This document shows, piece after piece, positions 47,278 to 56,380 of a stretch of DNA of 64,000 nt. The stretch's first letter is position 1. Each line of letters starts with the position of its first letter. A model generated the notes under the pieces. It was given only the letters and a program-made list of their open reading frames with translations, was not told the origin of the DNA and did not search any database. The translations under genes were made by a program, and so were the position numbers. The DNA is from Candidatus Multivoradales bacterium (GTDB taxonomy: Bacteria; Acidobacteriota; Thermoanaerobaculia; Multivoradales; JAHEKO01): contig CBDCXM010000009.1 of the NCBI GenBank assembly GCA_965223855.1, positions 1,536,001-1,600,000 on the forward strand, read 5' to 3'.

Positions 47278-47440
47278 ATGTCCGACTGCTATGACGAAGA
47301 AGAGCTGGAACGGAGAGTTCAACAGGAGGTCGACGCCTTGACGGACGCTGAGATCCGGACGTTCCGTGCTAGTCGGAACAGCATGGAGCACTGGATGTAT
47401 CGAACCTCGGGAGCGATTGGAAGAGTAATCTCGCCCCACA
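47278..47440 (+). pseudogene. Small ORF apparently interrupted by an element end motif
   Basis: GAGAGG SD; MSDCYDEEELERRVQQEVDALTDAEIR... runs into the TGAAGTGCCACACGAATCC motif at 47441. Confidence 0.35.
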
Positions 47441-47853
47441 TGAAGTGCCACACGAATCCGTGCGGAATCCCAATGGTTGTCTGCAGGCGACTGCCGCGCC
47501 TTCTTCGGGATCGCGTTGGTCGACTGACTGCGCGGGATGAAGTGGGATGAAGTGCCCGCCGGATGAAGTGCGCCCGGATGAAGCGGGGGAGGGTCGCTGA
47601 GTTCCCCGCGGGGTGCGTCCGGCCCGGACTGGGCTTCGTGCCGCTCAGGGCCTAGGAACAGTCGACTCTGCGACTCAAGGCGCCGGCGAGAGCCGGTCGG
47701 AGTCGCTGCGCCCGTTTCTCGCCAGGATCGCCCTGGCCGGCCGGAACTGCTCTCAGGAGGTACCCAAGGAGCCCCTGAACGAGCTTCGGGTGGCGCGTCT
47801 CAGCGAGGAGTCACCAAAGCGCTCGCTGCCTCCGGAAGTGCCACACGAATCCG
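47441..47853 (+). mobile_element. Non-autonomous derivative of the RAYT-like element
   Basis: 22-bp identity to 56381-56402; 47588-47656 nearly identical to the transposase 3' end (57268-57338); downstream flank similar to 57340-57510; second end motif at 47835-47853. Confidence 0.8.
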
Positions 47854-47947
47854 CGAGCCAATCCGCGAGCCCACTCGGCCAGCACACCTCCATCCCGTGA
47901 CATCGCGGGATTCATCTACGCCCCATGATCCCTGGGGACGAGACAGG

Positions 47948-49957
47948 CTACGACCCAGTCAGCGCTGTAGCCGCGGCGGCTGCCAGCAAACCGAGCAGGG
48001 GCAGCCAGAAGGCCACTTGATGCAGGCTCATCCGGCCTGGTTTGCGCTGATTGAAGAGGGTGTCCGTTTCGCGTTTCGTCCATGTGGCCCACACGGCCAG
48101 CAGGGCGAGGTAGGTCAGCCACGTCGACAAGAGGATCACTGCGACGGCGACCGCGGCCGAGGCGCCCGCCAGGTCGCGGGCGCGGTCCGTAGTCTCGATT
48201 CCGGGGAGAGCTGAGACGCTCGCGATCGCAACGTCCAGGAGCCAGAGTCCCGGGGTGACGGTCCACTGCAGGGAGTCTCGTACTGCCGCGGAAGAGAAGG
48301 TCGCCCAGGAGGCAAGGCCGGCGAACACGAGGAGCAGCAGGCGAGCGAGCCTCAGCTGGGACACTCTTCGCGCCCGCTTCTCCACGGCGACTTCCACGCG
48401 GCTTCTGTCGTCGGCCGAGATCTCGACCCCGGCTGCCGTCGCGAGTTCGTGGACGACTAGCCCGACGAATCCGTCCAGGTTGTCCCAGTAGCTCGTGTGG
48501 TCGTTCAGGAGGCTGCCTCGATTGTGCACGACTCTCGAGGCAACACCGACCTCCTGGTAAGGCTCGTCCCCGGTCGGTTCCTGGACGGGCTTGCCATCCG
48601 ACTTGCCGGAACTCCGGTACTGGCGCACCCACTCCCGACGGCGAGACCAGGTTTCAGCGGTGAGAAGGTCTCCGTTCGATACGGGATCCTCGGGAGTGTA
48701 GAAGTCGACCCACCGCACGGGGCGATCGAGTCTCAGGTCCTCGATGCGAGGTCTCAGTCGGCCCGTACTCGCCTTTGCGCCCAGCGAGACGAGGGCGACT
48801 CCGAGGAATGCCATGTACAGGCCCACCACGTGTCCCCACTCCCTCCAGCCGATCCAGGTCATGTAGGACAACGTCAGCAAACCGACACCTGCCAGTGCCG
48901 TCAGTGGTGCAAGCTTCTCGACCAAGGAGTCGCTGCCGCCACCGGGCCTTCGACGACCGGCCTGACTCAGGCGCCTGACTTGAGCGAGCTTGCCCAGACC
49001 AGAGCCCAGGGTCAGGAACCGGTGGAGATTCTCTGGAACATCCTCCCGCAGCACCTCGTGAGCGATTGCCGCGCCCTGCGAGTGCGCTACGACGACGACG
49101 CGCTGACAGCGCGTGGCCAGCCAGTCGAGGTCCCGGCGGAACTTCGCGAGGATCGACGCCCGTTGAATCCTGCTGCTGAGGAGCACGAAGCTGTCACCGA
49201 TGGAGGCTGCCAGCACTCGCTGGCTCCACGTAACGAACGACCGAATCTTCGGAACCGGGAGCATCCTCAGCGCCAGCAAGACGATCATGGCGAGCATCGT
49301 CAGTGGGACAAGCGCGACGCCGAGAATCATCACGAGGACGCTCCAGACTCTCTTGGCCGTGAGGTCGACCCGTCCAAGAAGCATCAGGCCCGCCTTCAAC
49401 CTCTCGACCAGGCGACGGGGTGAGAGTGCGTCCGAGAGTTCAGTGGGAGGCGGTAGGCCTTCCTTCTTCCGGCCGGGCGCTACGGTGCTCAGCACCTTCT
49501 TCAGCTCGAGGTATCTCTTGCCGAAGTGGGAGACGATCGTCCAGGGCAGGATGAGCAGGGTCCACCGAGCCAGGTCGCTGAACCGAGGCTGAAGGAAGGC
49601 GTTGCTCCACCAGGACTCGGCGAGGAGCCACTGACTCTTCCGCGAGGCGCTTGCGACAGGAGGGAGCTCGAGGTCGAGGAGAACATGCCTCGGCGAATCG
49701 TCCTCCTGTGCACTGCCTTGGGCACTTCCATACGAAAGGCGCAGAGGCTCCTCAGCCCCTGCCTGCCGGTTGGGCGCACCGCCGGCCCATCGGTCGAGCC
49801 ACTCGCAGACGGGATCCCCGAAGTGCGCCAGAGTCTCGCCTTCGGACTGTGATCCGATCCCGTGAACGAAGAGAACCCCCAGCCTGGGGGCGGCCTGAGA
49901 AGACGTCGCCGAGCGTTCTCGTGTCTGGCCGGTCTCCTGCGACTCTTCTGCAGTCAA
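47948..49957 (-). CDS. Membrane-associated alpha/beta hydrolase-like protein
   Basis: VLFVHGIG, VVAHSQG, FLTLGS, DPV, HTSYW; several TM segments. Confidence 0.75.
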   Translation of the reverse strand: MTAEESQETGQTRERSATSSQAAPRLGVLFVHGIGSQSEGETLAHFGDPVCEWLDRWAGGAPNRQAGAEEPLRLSYGSAQGSAQEDDSPRHVLLDLELPPVASASRKSQWLLAESWWSNAFLQPRFSDLARWTLLILPWTIVSHFGKRYLELKKVLSTVAPGRKKEGLPPPTELSDALSPRRLVERLKAGLMLLGRVDLTAKRVWSVLVMILGVALVPLTMLAMIVLLALRMLPVPKIRSFVTWSQRVLAASIGDSFVLLSSRIQRASILAKFRRDLDWLATRCQRVVVVAHSQGAAIAHEVLREDVPENLHRFLTLGSGLGKLAQVRRLSQAGRRRPGGGSDSLVEKLAPLTALAGVGLLTLSYMTWIGWREWGHVVGLYMAFLGVALVSLGAKASTGRLRPRIEDLRLDRPVRWVDFYTPEDPVSNGDLLTAETWSRRREWVRQYRSSGKSDGKPVQEPTGDEPYQEVGVASRVVHNRGSLLNDHTSYWDNLDGFVGLVVHELATAAGVEISADDRSRVEVAVEKRARRVSQLRLARLLLLVFAGLASWATFSSAAVRDSLQWTVTPGLWLLDVAIASVSALPGIETTDRARDLAGASAAVAVAVILLSTWLTYLALLAVWATWTKRETDTLFNQRKPGRMSLHQVAFWLPLLGLLAAAAATALTGS

Positions 49958-49981
49958 GCACCCTCCCGGCCAAGGGTGCCC

Positions 49982-50884
49982 TCAGGCACCCTGCTGGTCG
50001 CTCCCCTCGAGTGCCCGGTGGGTGGTCCAATCGAGCGAGGACGGTGTTTTGCAAAGCCCGTTCAGCAACTCGAGTTTCGGCGGGTGCAGGACGGAGCGAA
50101 ACTTCATCTGAAGGTCCGTGTGCTCACGGCTCTCGAGCCGATACCAGCGCGGGCGCGACTCACAGTAGTCCTTCACCGGCGTCTTCATCACGACATTTCT
50201 GGACACCTGGAAGACATCCTGGGCGGTGCGAGTTGCTTGCGAGGATGTGCTGCACAGTCTGTCCAGAAAGACCAGGTCCGGTGGGTCGGTCACAGCCGCG
50301 AACTGGGACTGGATGGTGTTGTGGGATTCGCTTTCCCACCTGTACCAGCGTGGACGAGAAGCACAGTAGTCTTCGATCGAAGTCCCCATCGCGGCAGCAC
50401 GAATCTTCAGGAGTCGCGAAGCGATGGCTTTCCACGTCCCCTTGTCTTCGAGCGACGTCTTCATCGCCTCGGTGCCGCAGTCGGGATCGCCGTCGTTGGC
50501 AAGGTGGTAGCCGGCAATGAACCCCCCGGCCACCACGACGGTGGAGATGACGAGGATGACGGTGCTGTCGTCGCCGCTGAACAGGAGCAAGAGGGGCGCC
50601 GGGAGGCCGTACAGGAGATTGCCTCTCGGCCGATACGGGTCGAGCTCGTAGTTCGGGTCGGCCTTCTCGACTCCTATCGAGTCGTGTTCCGAGGTGTAGG
50701 TATAGAGCTGAGGCCCACACATGGCCCGAAGGACGACATCGTTGCGAAAACCGAACTCGGGGACCGTGGTTTCTTCGAGAAACCGGTCGGCGGTGTGCGA
50801 GTCATTCCAGTCAGGCGACAAGAACCAGCCGAGTCCTGCCCCCGCGGCGAAGGTCAGGGCCAGGTAGAGAAGAACGTATCTCAC
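49982..50884 (-). CDS. Hypothetical membrane protein with an internal duplication
   Basis: TM segments; DYCASRPRWYR / DYCESRPRWYR repeat. Confidence 0.65.
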   Translation of the reverse strand: MRYVLLYLALTFAAGAGLGWFLSPDWNDSHTADRFLEETTVPEFGFRNDVVLRAMCGPQLYTYTSEHDSIGVEKADPNYELDPYRPRGNLLYGLPAPLLLLFSGDDSTVILVISTVVVAGGFIAGYHLANDGDPDCGTEAMKTSLEDKGTWKAIASRLLKIRAAAMGTSIEDYCASRPRWYRWESESHNTIQSQFAAVTDPPDLVFLDRLCSTSSQATRTAQDVFQVSRNVVMKTPVKDYCESRPRWYRLESREHTDLQMKFRSVLHPPKLELLNGLCKTPSSLDWTTHRALEGSDQQGA

Positions 50885-51258
50885 GCGATCTCACGGCGCA
50901 CAAAGAGGCGCCGCCTCGCTTTCCTGATCATGTGTTTCGAGTCTACCCGACAGCCAGCCAGGCTGACGCCCTCAACCTGAATCGGGTCGTCCCGGTGCGT
51001 TTCGGGCAGGCCCTTCGAACAGAACTATGAGATTCCGGACTCGGGTTGGACGAACCCTTCGCCCCCTCGATCGACGAGGTGAAGGCCAAGGTCCTGTGCT
51101 ACTGCAGGGGCTTGCTGGACAAGGCCGACGACTGGTCCGAGCTTGGCGGTGCTCCGAGGCCGAGGAAGGTGCCCTCCTGGTACTCGTGTGGGCTCCTCCA
51201 TGTGGGAAATCTGCGGCGCGAGTCCGTCTAGTGGATTGGCCCACGAAAGGAGAGTTCT

Positions 51259-51630
51259 ATGTCCGAAGAACAGACGATCGATTGCAACGAGACGGAACCC
51301 GTCCCCTGCGAAGACCACCAGACCCGTGGCTGGTACGCATGGAACAACCGGATGCCGGGAGGCCCCGGTGGATTCCACGTGGTCGGCGAAGTTGAGGTGG
51401 GCAATCCCGGAATCATCGCCATCCTCACGCCGAAGGTCCCACAGGGAATCAACCCCCAGATCCTGCTCCTCGACCTGCATCTCCGCCAGCGGCCCGGAGT
51501 CTGGCCGCGGGTCGTGACCTGGGCAGGGGCGCGATTCGACTCGGCCATTCCTCATCCGCCCTACACGCAGGTCGTCGTCTTCTGCGGCGACAAGGAGATC
51601 GCCCACATTCCGGTCGAAGACGTTCACTGA
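51259..51630 (+). CDS. Hypothetical protein
   Basis: AAGGAG SD; WYAWNNRMPG, VVGEV, PQGINPQILLLDL. Confidence 0.7.
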   Translation: MSEEQTIDCNETEPVPCEDHQTRGWYAWNNRMPGGPGGFHVVGEVEVGNPGIIAILTPKVPQGINPQILLLDLHLRQRPGVWPRVVTWAGARFDSAIPHPPYTQVVVFCGDKEIAHIPVEDVH

Positions 51631-52012
51631 GCTCGGATCGTGACGAGGCACTGGTGAGCCTGAGTCCCTGGAATGGGGCCCGGGAGCGCGGGCCTCTCTA
51701 GATCTCGGCTCGACTTTCGAGTCCACCGGCGGCTTGCCGCCGGTGAGCCTCGAGGGGCCTCTCGCCATCGGGGCCGGTCCGTTACTCCGGCAGGTCTCGT
51801 CGGACCAGCCTAAGGCTGGCGCCGGCCCTCGCAGGACGAGTTGCACCCCAAGGGAACCCAACCGCCTCAGGGGTTCCCCTGCCCGGAAGTCGCAGGGCGC
51901 CTCCATGCCTGGGAATCGCGCCTGGGAATCGCAGGTCACCTCCACGCGCCATCGGCCCCTGCGAACCCTCTGGTTGGACGGCTCCAGCCCTTGCCGTGTA
52001 GCGTTCAGGTCC

Positions 52013-53107
52013 ATGGAAGCTGAGACGCCCGGGTCGGGCGAACCTGCTGTCGTGGAGGAGGGAGAGTCCAACGGGCGACGCCATGTTGTTCTGCTACTCC
52101 ACGGGATCCGAACGACTGCGGCATGGCAGGAGCGGGTCCGTGCCGGTCTGGAGCACGAGGGCAACCTCGAGGTCCTGACGGTTCGTTACGGAGTGTTCGA
52201 TCTCGTTCGGTTCCTCGCGCCGGAGCTGCTGGGCCTCAGGAGGCAACCTGTCGAGCGGATGGCTCGAGAGCTCAGGGCAGCCAGGACGCAGTATCCGAAC
52301 GCGAGGCTCTCGGTGATCGCCCACAGCTTCGGAACCTGGATCATGGGGGAGGTCCTGGAGGACAACCCGGACATTCGACTGGACCGGCTCGTGCTCTGCG
52401 GCTCGGTCCTCGAGCGAGGGTATCGCTGGGACAAGCTGAGCGCTCAGCTCGCTCACACGGTCAGCAACGATGTGGGAACCCGTGACCCGTGGCCCCTCGT
52501 GGCCGAGAAACTGGGGTGGGGCTACGGCGCGACCGGTCTGACAGGTTTCGGTGCAGTGGGTGTGAGAGACCGCTTCCACCGGTTCGGGCACAGCGAGTTT
52601 CTGACGACGGAGTTTGCCCGGACCTACTGGCGCCCCTGGCTTGTCGACGGCGATTGGACCGCCTCCGCATGGGACGTGGAGCGGCCCGCGGCGCCCTGGT
52701 GGTTCAGCGCGATCGCGGCGGCCCCGATCAAGCTTCTGGCCGTGGCGTTGCTGGCGTTGGCGCTTCTCGTCGGAGTGAGAGAGACGTTCCTCGAGGCCGG
52801 CGCCAGGCCCGACACGAGGCCCGACACCAGGGGCGGTTTCGAACTCCCACCGGAGAAGCCGGCTGCTGAGCGGACCATCACGGGAGTCGTCACGGCACCC
52901 GCCGGCGTGGATCGATCGACTCTCACCGTCGAGATCAACTACGGCCAGCTCGTGGAGCGGGTGGGTGATGACGGTCGATTCGTGATCGAACTCGATGCGG
53001 GAATGGAGTCCTCAGTGACGGTCCGAGTTCTGGATGCGGACGGAAACGCTCTCTACGACAACTTCCACTCGACACGTCACGATGGCTGGGAGCTGGTTCT
53101 TCGGTGA
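52013..53107 (+). CDS. Alpha/beta hydrolase-like protein with TM and C-terminal beta domain
   Basis: LLHGIRT, VIAHSFG, LVLCGS, DPWP, GHSEF. Confidence 0.75.
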   Translation: MEAETPGSGEPAVVEEGESNGRRHVVLLLHGIRTTAAWQERVRAGLEHEGNLEVLTVRYGVFDLVRFLAPELLGLRRQPVERMARELRAARTQYPNARLSVIAHSFGTWIMGEVLEDNPDIRLDRLVLCGSVLERGYRWDKLSAQLAHTVSNDVGTRDPWPLVAEKLGWGYGATGLTGFGAVGVRDRFHRFGHSEFLTTEFARTYWRPWLVDGDWTASAWDVERPAAPWWFSAIAAAPIKLLAVALLALALLVGVRETFLEAGARPDTRPDTRGGFELPPEKPAAERTITGVVTAPAGVDRSTLTVEINYGQLVERVGDDGRFVIELDAGMESSVTVRVLDADGNALYDNFHSTRHDGWELVLR

Positions 53108-54175
53108 CTAGGTGCTGGGCGGCACTGGTGCAACAGCCGGAGCCGCGCCCCGCTCCAGAGCCTCGAGGAACTCGTCTACCTCCGTGCGAAGGCGTTGGCC
53201 CTCTCCAACCAAAGAGGCGTCGAGTTCTTCGGCTGTTCTCTCGATCGCCTCGCGTCTCGCCTTCCGCTCGGAGCGCTTGGGCGGCGAGAGGCACCAGTCT
53301 GCAAGGCTGTTCTTGAGCTCGTTGGCGCTCGCAGCTTCCGATTCCCCCAGCAGGTAGGGGTTGTGGAAGGCACGAACGGACGCTTTGAGTCCGAGGAGCG
53401 CTCCCTCGAGACTTGAGCCGTCGAGCCCCTTGAGCTCAGGAGCGATGGTGTCGGCGCTTGTCTCCCAGGAACCCAGCGCATCGTTGTAGTCGACGATCGG
53501 CTCTTCGAAGTTGGGCAGGTAGGCACAGTTCTCGAGGACCTTGGGTGCGTTGCGGCGAAACGCGACCTCCAGCTCCTTGACCGCAAACAGGTACTCGGAC
53601 AGGAGCGCGCGGAGCTCGCGATGGAACTCGAGCTGGGTCTGCCTCTCCTCGAAGATCTGTCGCAAGAGCTCTGCCTGTACGGCGCTGTCCCGGCCGTTCC
53701 TCAGCTCCTGGAGGAGAGTCGCGAGGAGCTCTCCTTGTTTGGCCGAGTCCTGTTCGAGCACGGCTCGAAGGACTCCGACCTCGTTGACCAGCTCCTCCGC
53801 AGTCAGTGCCTGGCGGGCCTGAGGGTTGCTCGCGGCCAGGACTATGTTCGTCGCGTCGGCCCGGGGGATCACCGCGCGGAGGTTGAGAGGCCAAGCCACG
53901 ACACAGCGGGCTTCGACACCCTGAACCTGCAGTCCGACCACCTCTCCCGGGTCGTATCGCTTCGGATCTTGTCCGGGGAGTGGCTCGAGCCTCAGAACGT
54001 ACTGACCGCCCTGCTTCGTCGAGGTCGTGTCCCCGCCGCCCGAGATGGTGAGTCCCGAGACACCGCAGCCGTCCTTGCTCAGTACCGTGCCGGTCAGGAC
54101 GGTCGCCGGGGCTGGAGCGAGGGCCGCCAAGCCGACCAAGCATGCGACTCCGAAGACTCTTCTGGTCTCCATCAA
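53108..54175 (-). CDS. Secreted protein with carboxypeptidase-regulatory-like N-terminus and coiled-coil region
   Basis: Signal peptide; LTGTV...G.GVSG.TI...GQYVL. Confidence 0.65.
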   Translation of the reverse strand: MMETRRVFGVACLVGLAALAPAPATVLTGTVLSKDGCGVSGLTISGGGDTTSTKQGGQYVLRLEPLPGQDPKRYDPGEVVGLQVQGVEARCVVAWPLNLRAVIPRADATNIVLAASNPQARQALTAEELVNEVGVLRAVLEQDSAKQGELLATLLQELRNGRDSAVQAELLRQIFEERQTQLEFHRELRALLSEYLFAVKELEVAFRRNAPKVLENCAYLPNFEEPIVDYNDALGSWETSADTIAPELKGLDGSSLEGALLGLKASVRAFHNPYLLGESEAASANELKNSLADWCLSPPKRSERKARREAIERTAEELDASLVGEGQRLRTEVDEFLEALERGAAPAVAPVPPST

Positions 54176-54180
54176 CTCAA

Positions 54181-54594
54181 CTACCCGTCGTCGCGGAGCA
54201 GCACCAGGCTCTCGGAAGTCGAAGTCGACTGCAGTTCGATTCGAGCCCGGTCCGGAAAGAAGATGCCCGTGTAGGTCTCGTCGCCGCCGGCCCTTTGGAC
54301 GGTCATCCGGATCTGGAGGTTGTTGACCGTACCGTCGACGGGTGATTCGGTTACGTTGCCGTTGCCGTCGTTGACGAATTCATTGCCGAAGATCGGGTAG
54401 GTCACGGCCGGACAATCGTCGCAAGCCAGGTCGAAGCCTCGCAGCGGATTCCCTTCGACCAACCAGCTGTTGTTGATGTCCGACGGAACCTGAGGTGGAG
54501 TCGTCGGTGTCGGGTTGGTGTCGTCGCAGTTGCCAGCATAGACAACCAGGAGCAGGGGGAGCACTACGAGACATCGTGTGAGCGGTCGAGTCAA
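54181..54594 (-). CDS. Putative lipoprotein
   Basis: GGAGG SD, TTG start, hydrophobic stretch then GNC. Confidence 0.55.
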   Translation of the reverse strand: MTRPLTRCLVVLPLLLVVYAGNCDDTNPTPTTPPQVPSDINNSWLVEGNPLRGFDLACDDCPAVTYPIFGNEFVNDGNGNVTESPVDGTVNNLQIRMTVQRAGGDETYTGIFFPDRARIELQSTSTSESLVLLRDDG

Positions 54595-54699
54595 GACAGC
54601 ACCTCCGTTGCGGGTAGATATTTGAAAACGCTAGCACATGGGTTCGGCGAGGGGGCTGGGGGCTTCCCTCCGGGAGCTCTGGACATCCAAGGGGCGCCT

Positions 54700-55188
54700 C
54701 CCCTTCACCCTCTCCGGAGCCCGAGAGCGAGTGGCGCTCGCACGTGCGACGGATGGGGGGGTCGTCGACGAGGCTCCGAAGGAGGTCCTCGCAAGGGGAG
54801 CCATCCTCCGGCAGCATTCCGGCGCGCCGGTAGAAGCCGGCTACGCTCCTCGTGATTGCCTACCACAAAGCTAGGGAGGATCTGAGGCGGGGGAGGGTAG
54901 CCGACTTCTCGGCGGGGTGCGTTGGGCCTGGGTTCGGGTTCGTGCTCCCAGAGGAACGGCGACTTCTGGAGTTCGGAGAATAGGTCTCCGGCACGGGCCG
55001 GACGGCGGAGCTCGTCCGGGACCGGGCAAGAGGACTGCCTTGCCTGAGAGGCAAAGTCCAGAGAGCCGCGGCGCCGGCCCCAAGATGGTACGGAGTGGGG
55101 GGCGGCCGCTGTCGAGGGAACTGGCAGGTCGCGAAGTACCGTCCTAGTCGCTGCTGGAGTGCCTTCTCAGGAACCCTGTGGCACTTCA
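54700..55188 (+). pseudogene. Degenerate 3' remnant of the RAYT-like transposase with right end
   Basis: EPESEWRSHVRRM and DEAPKEVLARGAILRQH match EPEGYWRSEVRRM and EEAPKNVLGREAILAQH; GAGGATCTGAGGCGGGG match; ends CTTCTCAGGAA...TGTGGCACTTCA as at 57541-57566. Confidence 0.75.
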
Positions 55189-55261
55189 ATGTGAGGGTCG
55201 TGCGGCAGTTCCAGGTGGGCCGCCGTGCGCCATGTATGGCCCATCCATAGGCTGCGCAAGT

Positions 55262-55549
55262 TCATGGCCCTGACGTCACGCCCTTGTAGCGAAGATAGCG
55301 TGAGCAAACGAGCAGAAGTGTGCCGATGAGATAGCTGAGACCCCTCACGATTGTCGTGAACTCTACTTGCGACTCGAGACTCTCCAAGCCGTCACCAGCC
55401 CACAGGCGTCTGCTGTTCGCGTCTCTGAAGGTCATTGCGGTCCCCGACCGATCGGGAGCTTCTCCTACTTGATCTTGGAGAGCTCCGATCTGAAGCCAAG
55501 CGTCGTCGAGCTTGGACTCTACGCGATAGAAGCCGTCCTTGAGTTGCAT
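55262..55549 (-). CDS. Small membrane protein, probably the 3' part of a frameshifted gene
   Basis: Frame continues upstream (LLLGAAGWQIFVEG); C-terminal TM. Confidence 0.4.
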   Translation of the reverse strand: MQLKDGFYRVESKLDDAWLQIGALQDQVGEAPDRSGTAMTFRDANSRRLWAGDGLESLESQVEFTTIVRGLSYLIGTLLLVCSRYLRYKGVTSGP

Positions 55550-56300
55550 ATCCCTCAGAGAGCCCTCGACAAAGATCTGCCAACCAGCCGCGCCAAGCAG
55601 AAGACTCGGTCCCGAGAAGCTCGAGCAGCAACCGGGTGCGCTCCTGGCGCTTGTCTTCCTCGAGCGGTGGCTGGGCGTCGCTTGCGATCGGGGGCGCCGC
55701 CTTATCGCGATAAGAGTCGCCTTTCTTCTTGAGGGCCACCCATCTGGAGCGAATGGCCCTTTCAGAGCTGAACCACCCTCGAAAGCCCATACCGCCTACG
55801 AGCACTAGGTAGATCACCCCGAGGGCAAGAACAGCGAGGACGCCGGGTAGCGGTTCTAGAACGAACGGGAAGACGAGCGGAAGCAAAAGGGGGATGGAGG
55901 TGGTGAATACTCCAAGTGCCAGGAACACGATGCTCTGAGGCTTGGTGTAGCCCATGTAGGGGGACGTTCGGTAACGACACCAGTCGCGCTCCCAGTTGGA
56001 CTTCTTGGTTACCTCCAGATAGGTCGTGAGAATCCTTAGCATTTTTGAGAGGTTGTGACCCAGAAGAAAGATGAGAAAGAGGGTCACTTGAAGAAGGGCT
56101 GTGAGTGACAGCCTGTATGCCCCTATTGGCGAACCTGAGGTCTTGACGTCGTTGACACTGGGTTCAGGGAGGGTCCATGCAACCATCACTCCGAAGATGG
56201 TGACTGCCAAAGTGGTGAGCAGGAACCTCTGGTTGACCAGCTGGTTGACTTCGAGGTGCAGCTTTGCCTTGTCGGCTTTGTTGGGTCCCTTGAGCTTCAT
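55392..56300 (-). CDS. Four-TM hypothetical membrane protein (C-terminal ~100 aa may be read-through into a decayed neighbour)
   Basis: GGAGG SD, ATG 56300, four hydrophobic helices. Confidence 0.6.
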   Translation of the reverse strand: MKLKGPNKADKAKLHLEVNQLVNQRFLLTTLAVTIFGVMVAWTLPEPSVNDVKTSGSPIGAYRLSLTALLQVTLFLIFLLGHNLSKMLRILTTYLEVTKKSNWERDWCRYRTSPYMGYTKPQSIVFLALGVFTTSIPLLLPLVFPFVLEPLPGVLAVLALGVIYLVLVGGMGFRGWFSSERAIRSRWVALKKKGDSYRDKAAPPIASDAQPPLEEDKRQERTRLLLELLGTESSAWRGWLADLCRGLSEGYATQGRLLSRRVQARRRLASDRSSPRSSRRSSRSVGDRNDLQRREQQTPVGW

Positions 56301-56380
56301 TGGCACCTCCATGTCCGGAGTCGTGAGGCCCCTCATTGTGTCGCATCCCCACGATCACTCAAGCTGCTCCGAGGACTTCC

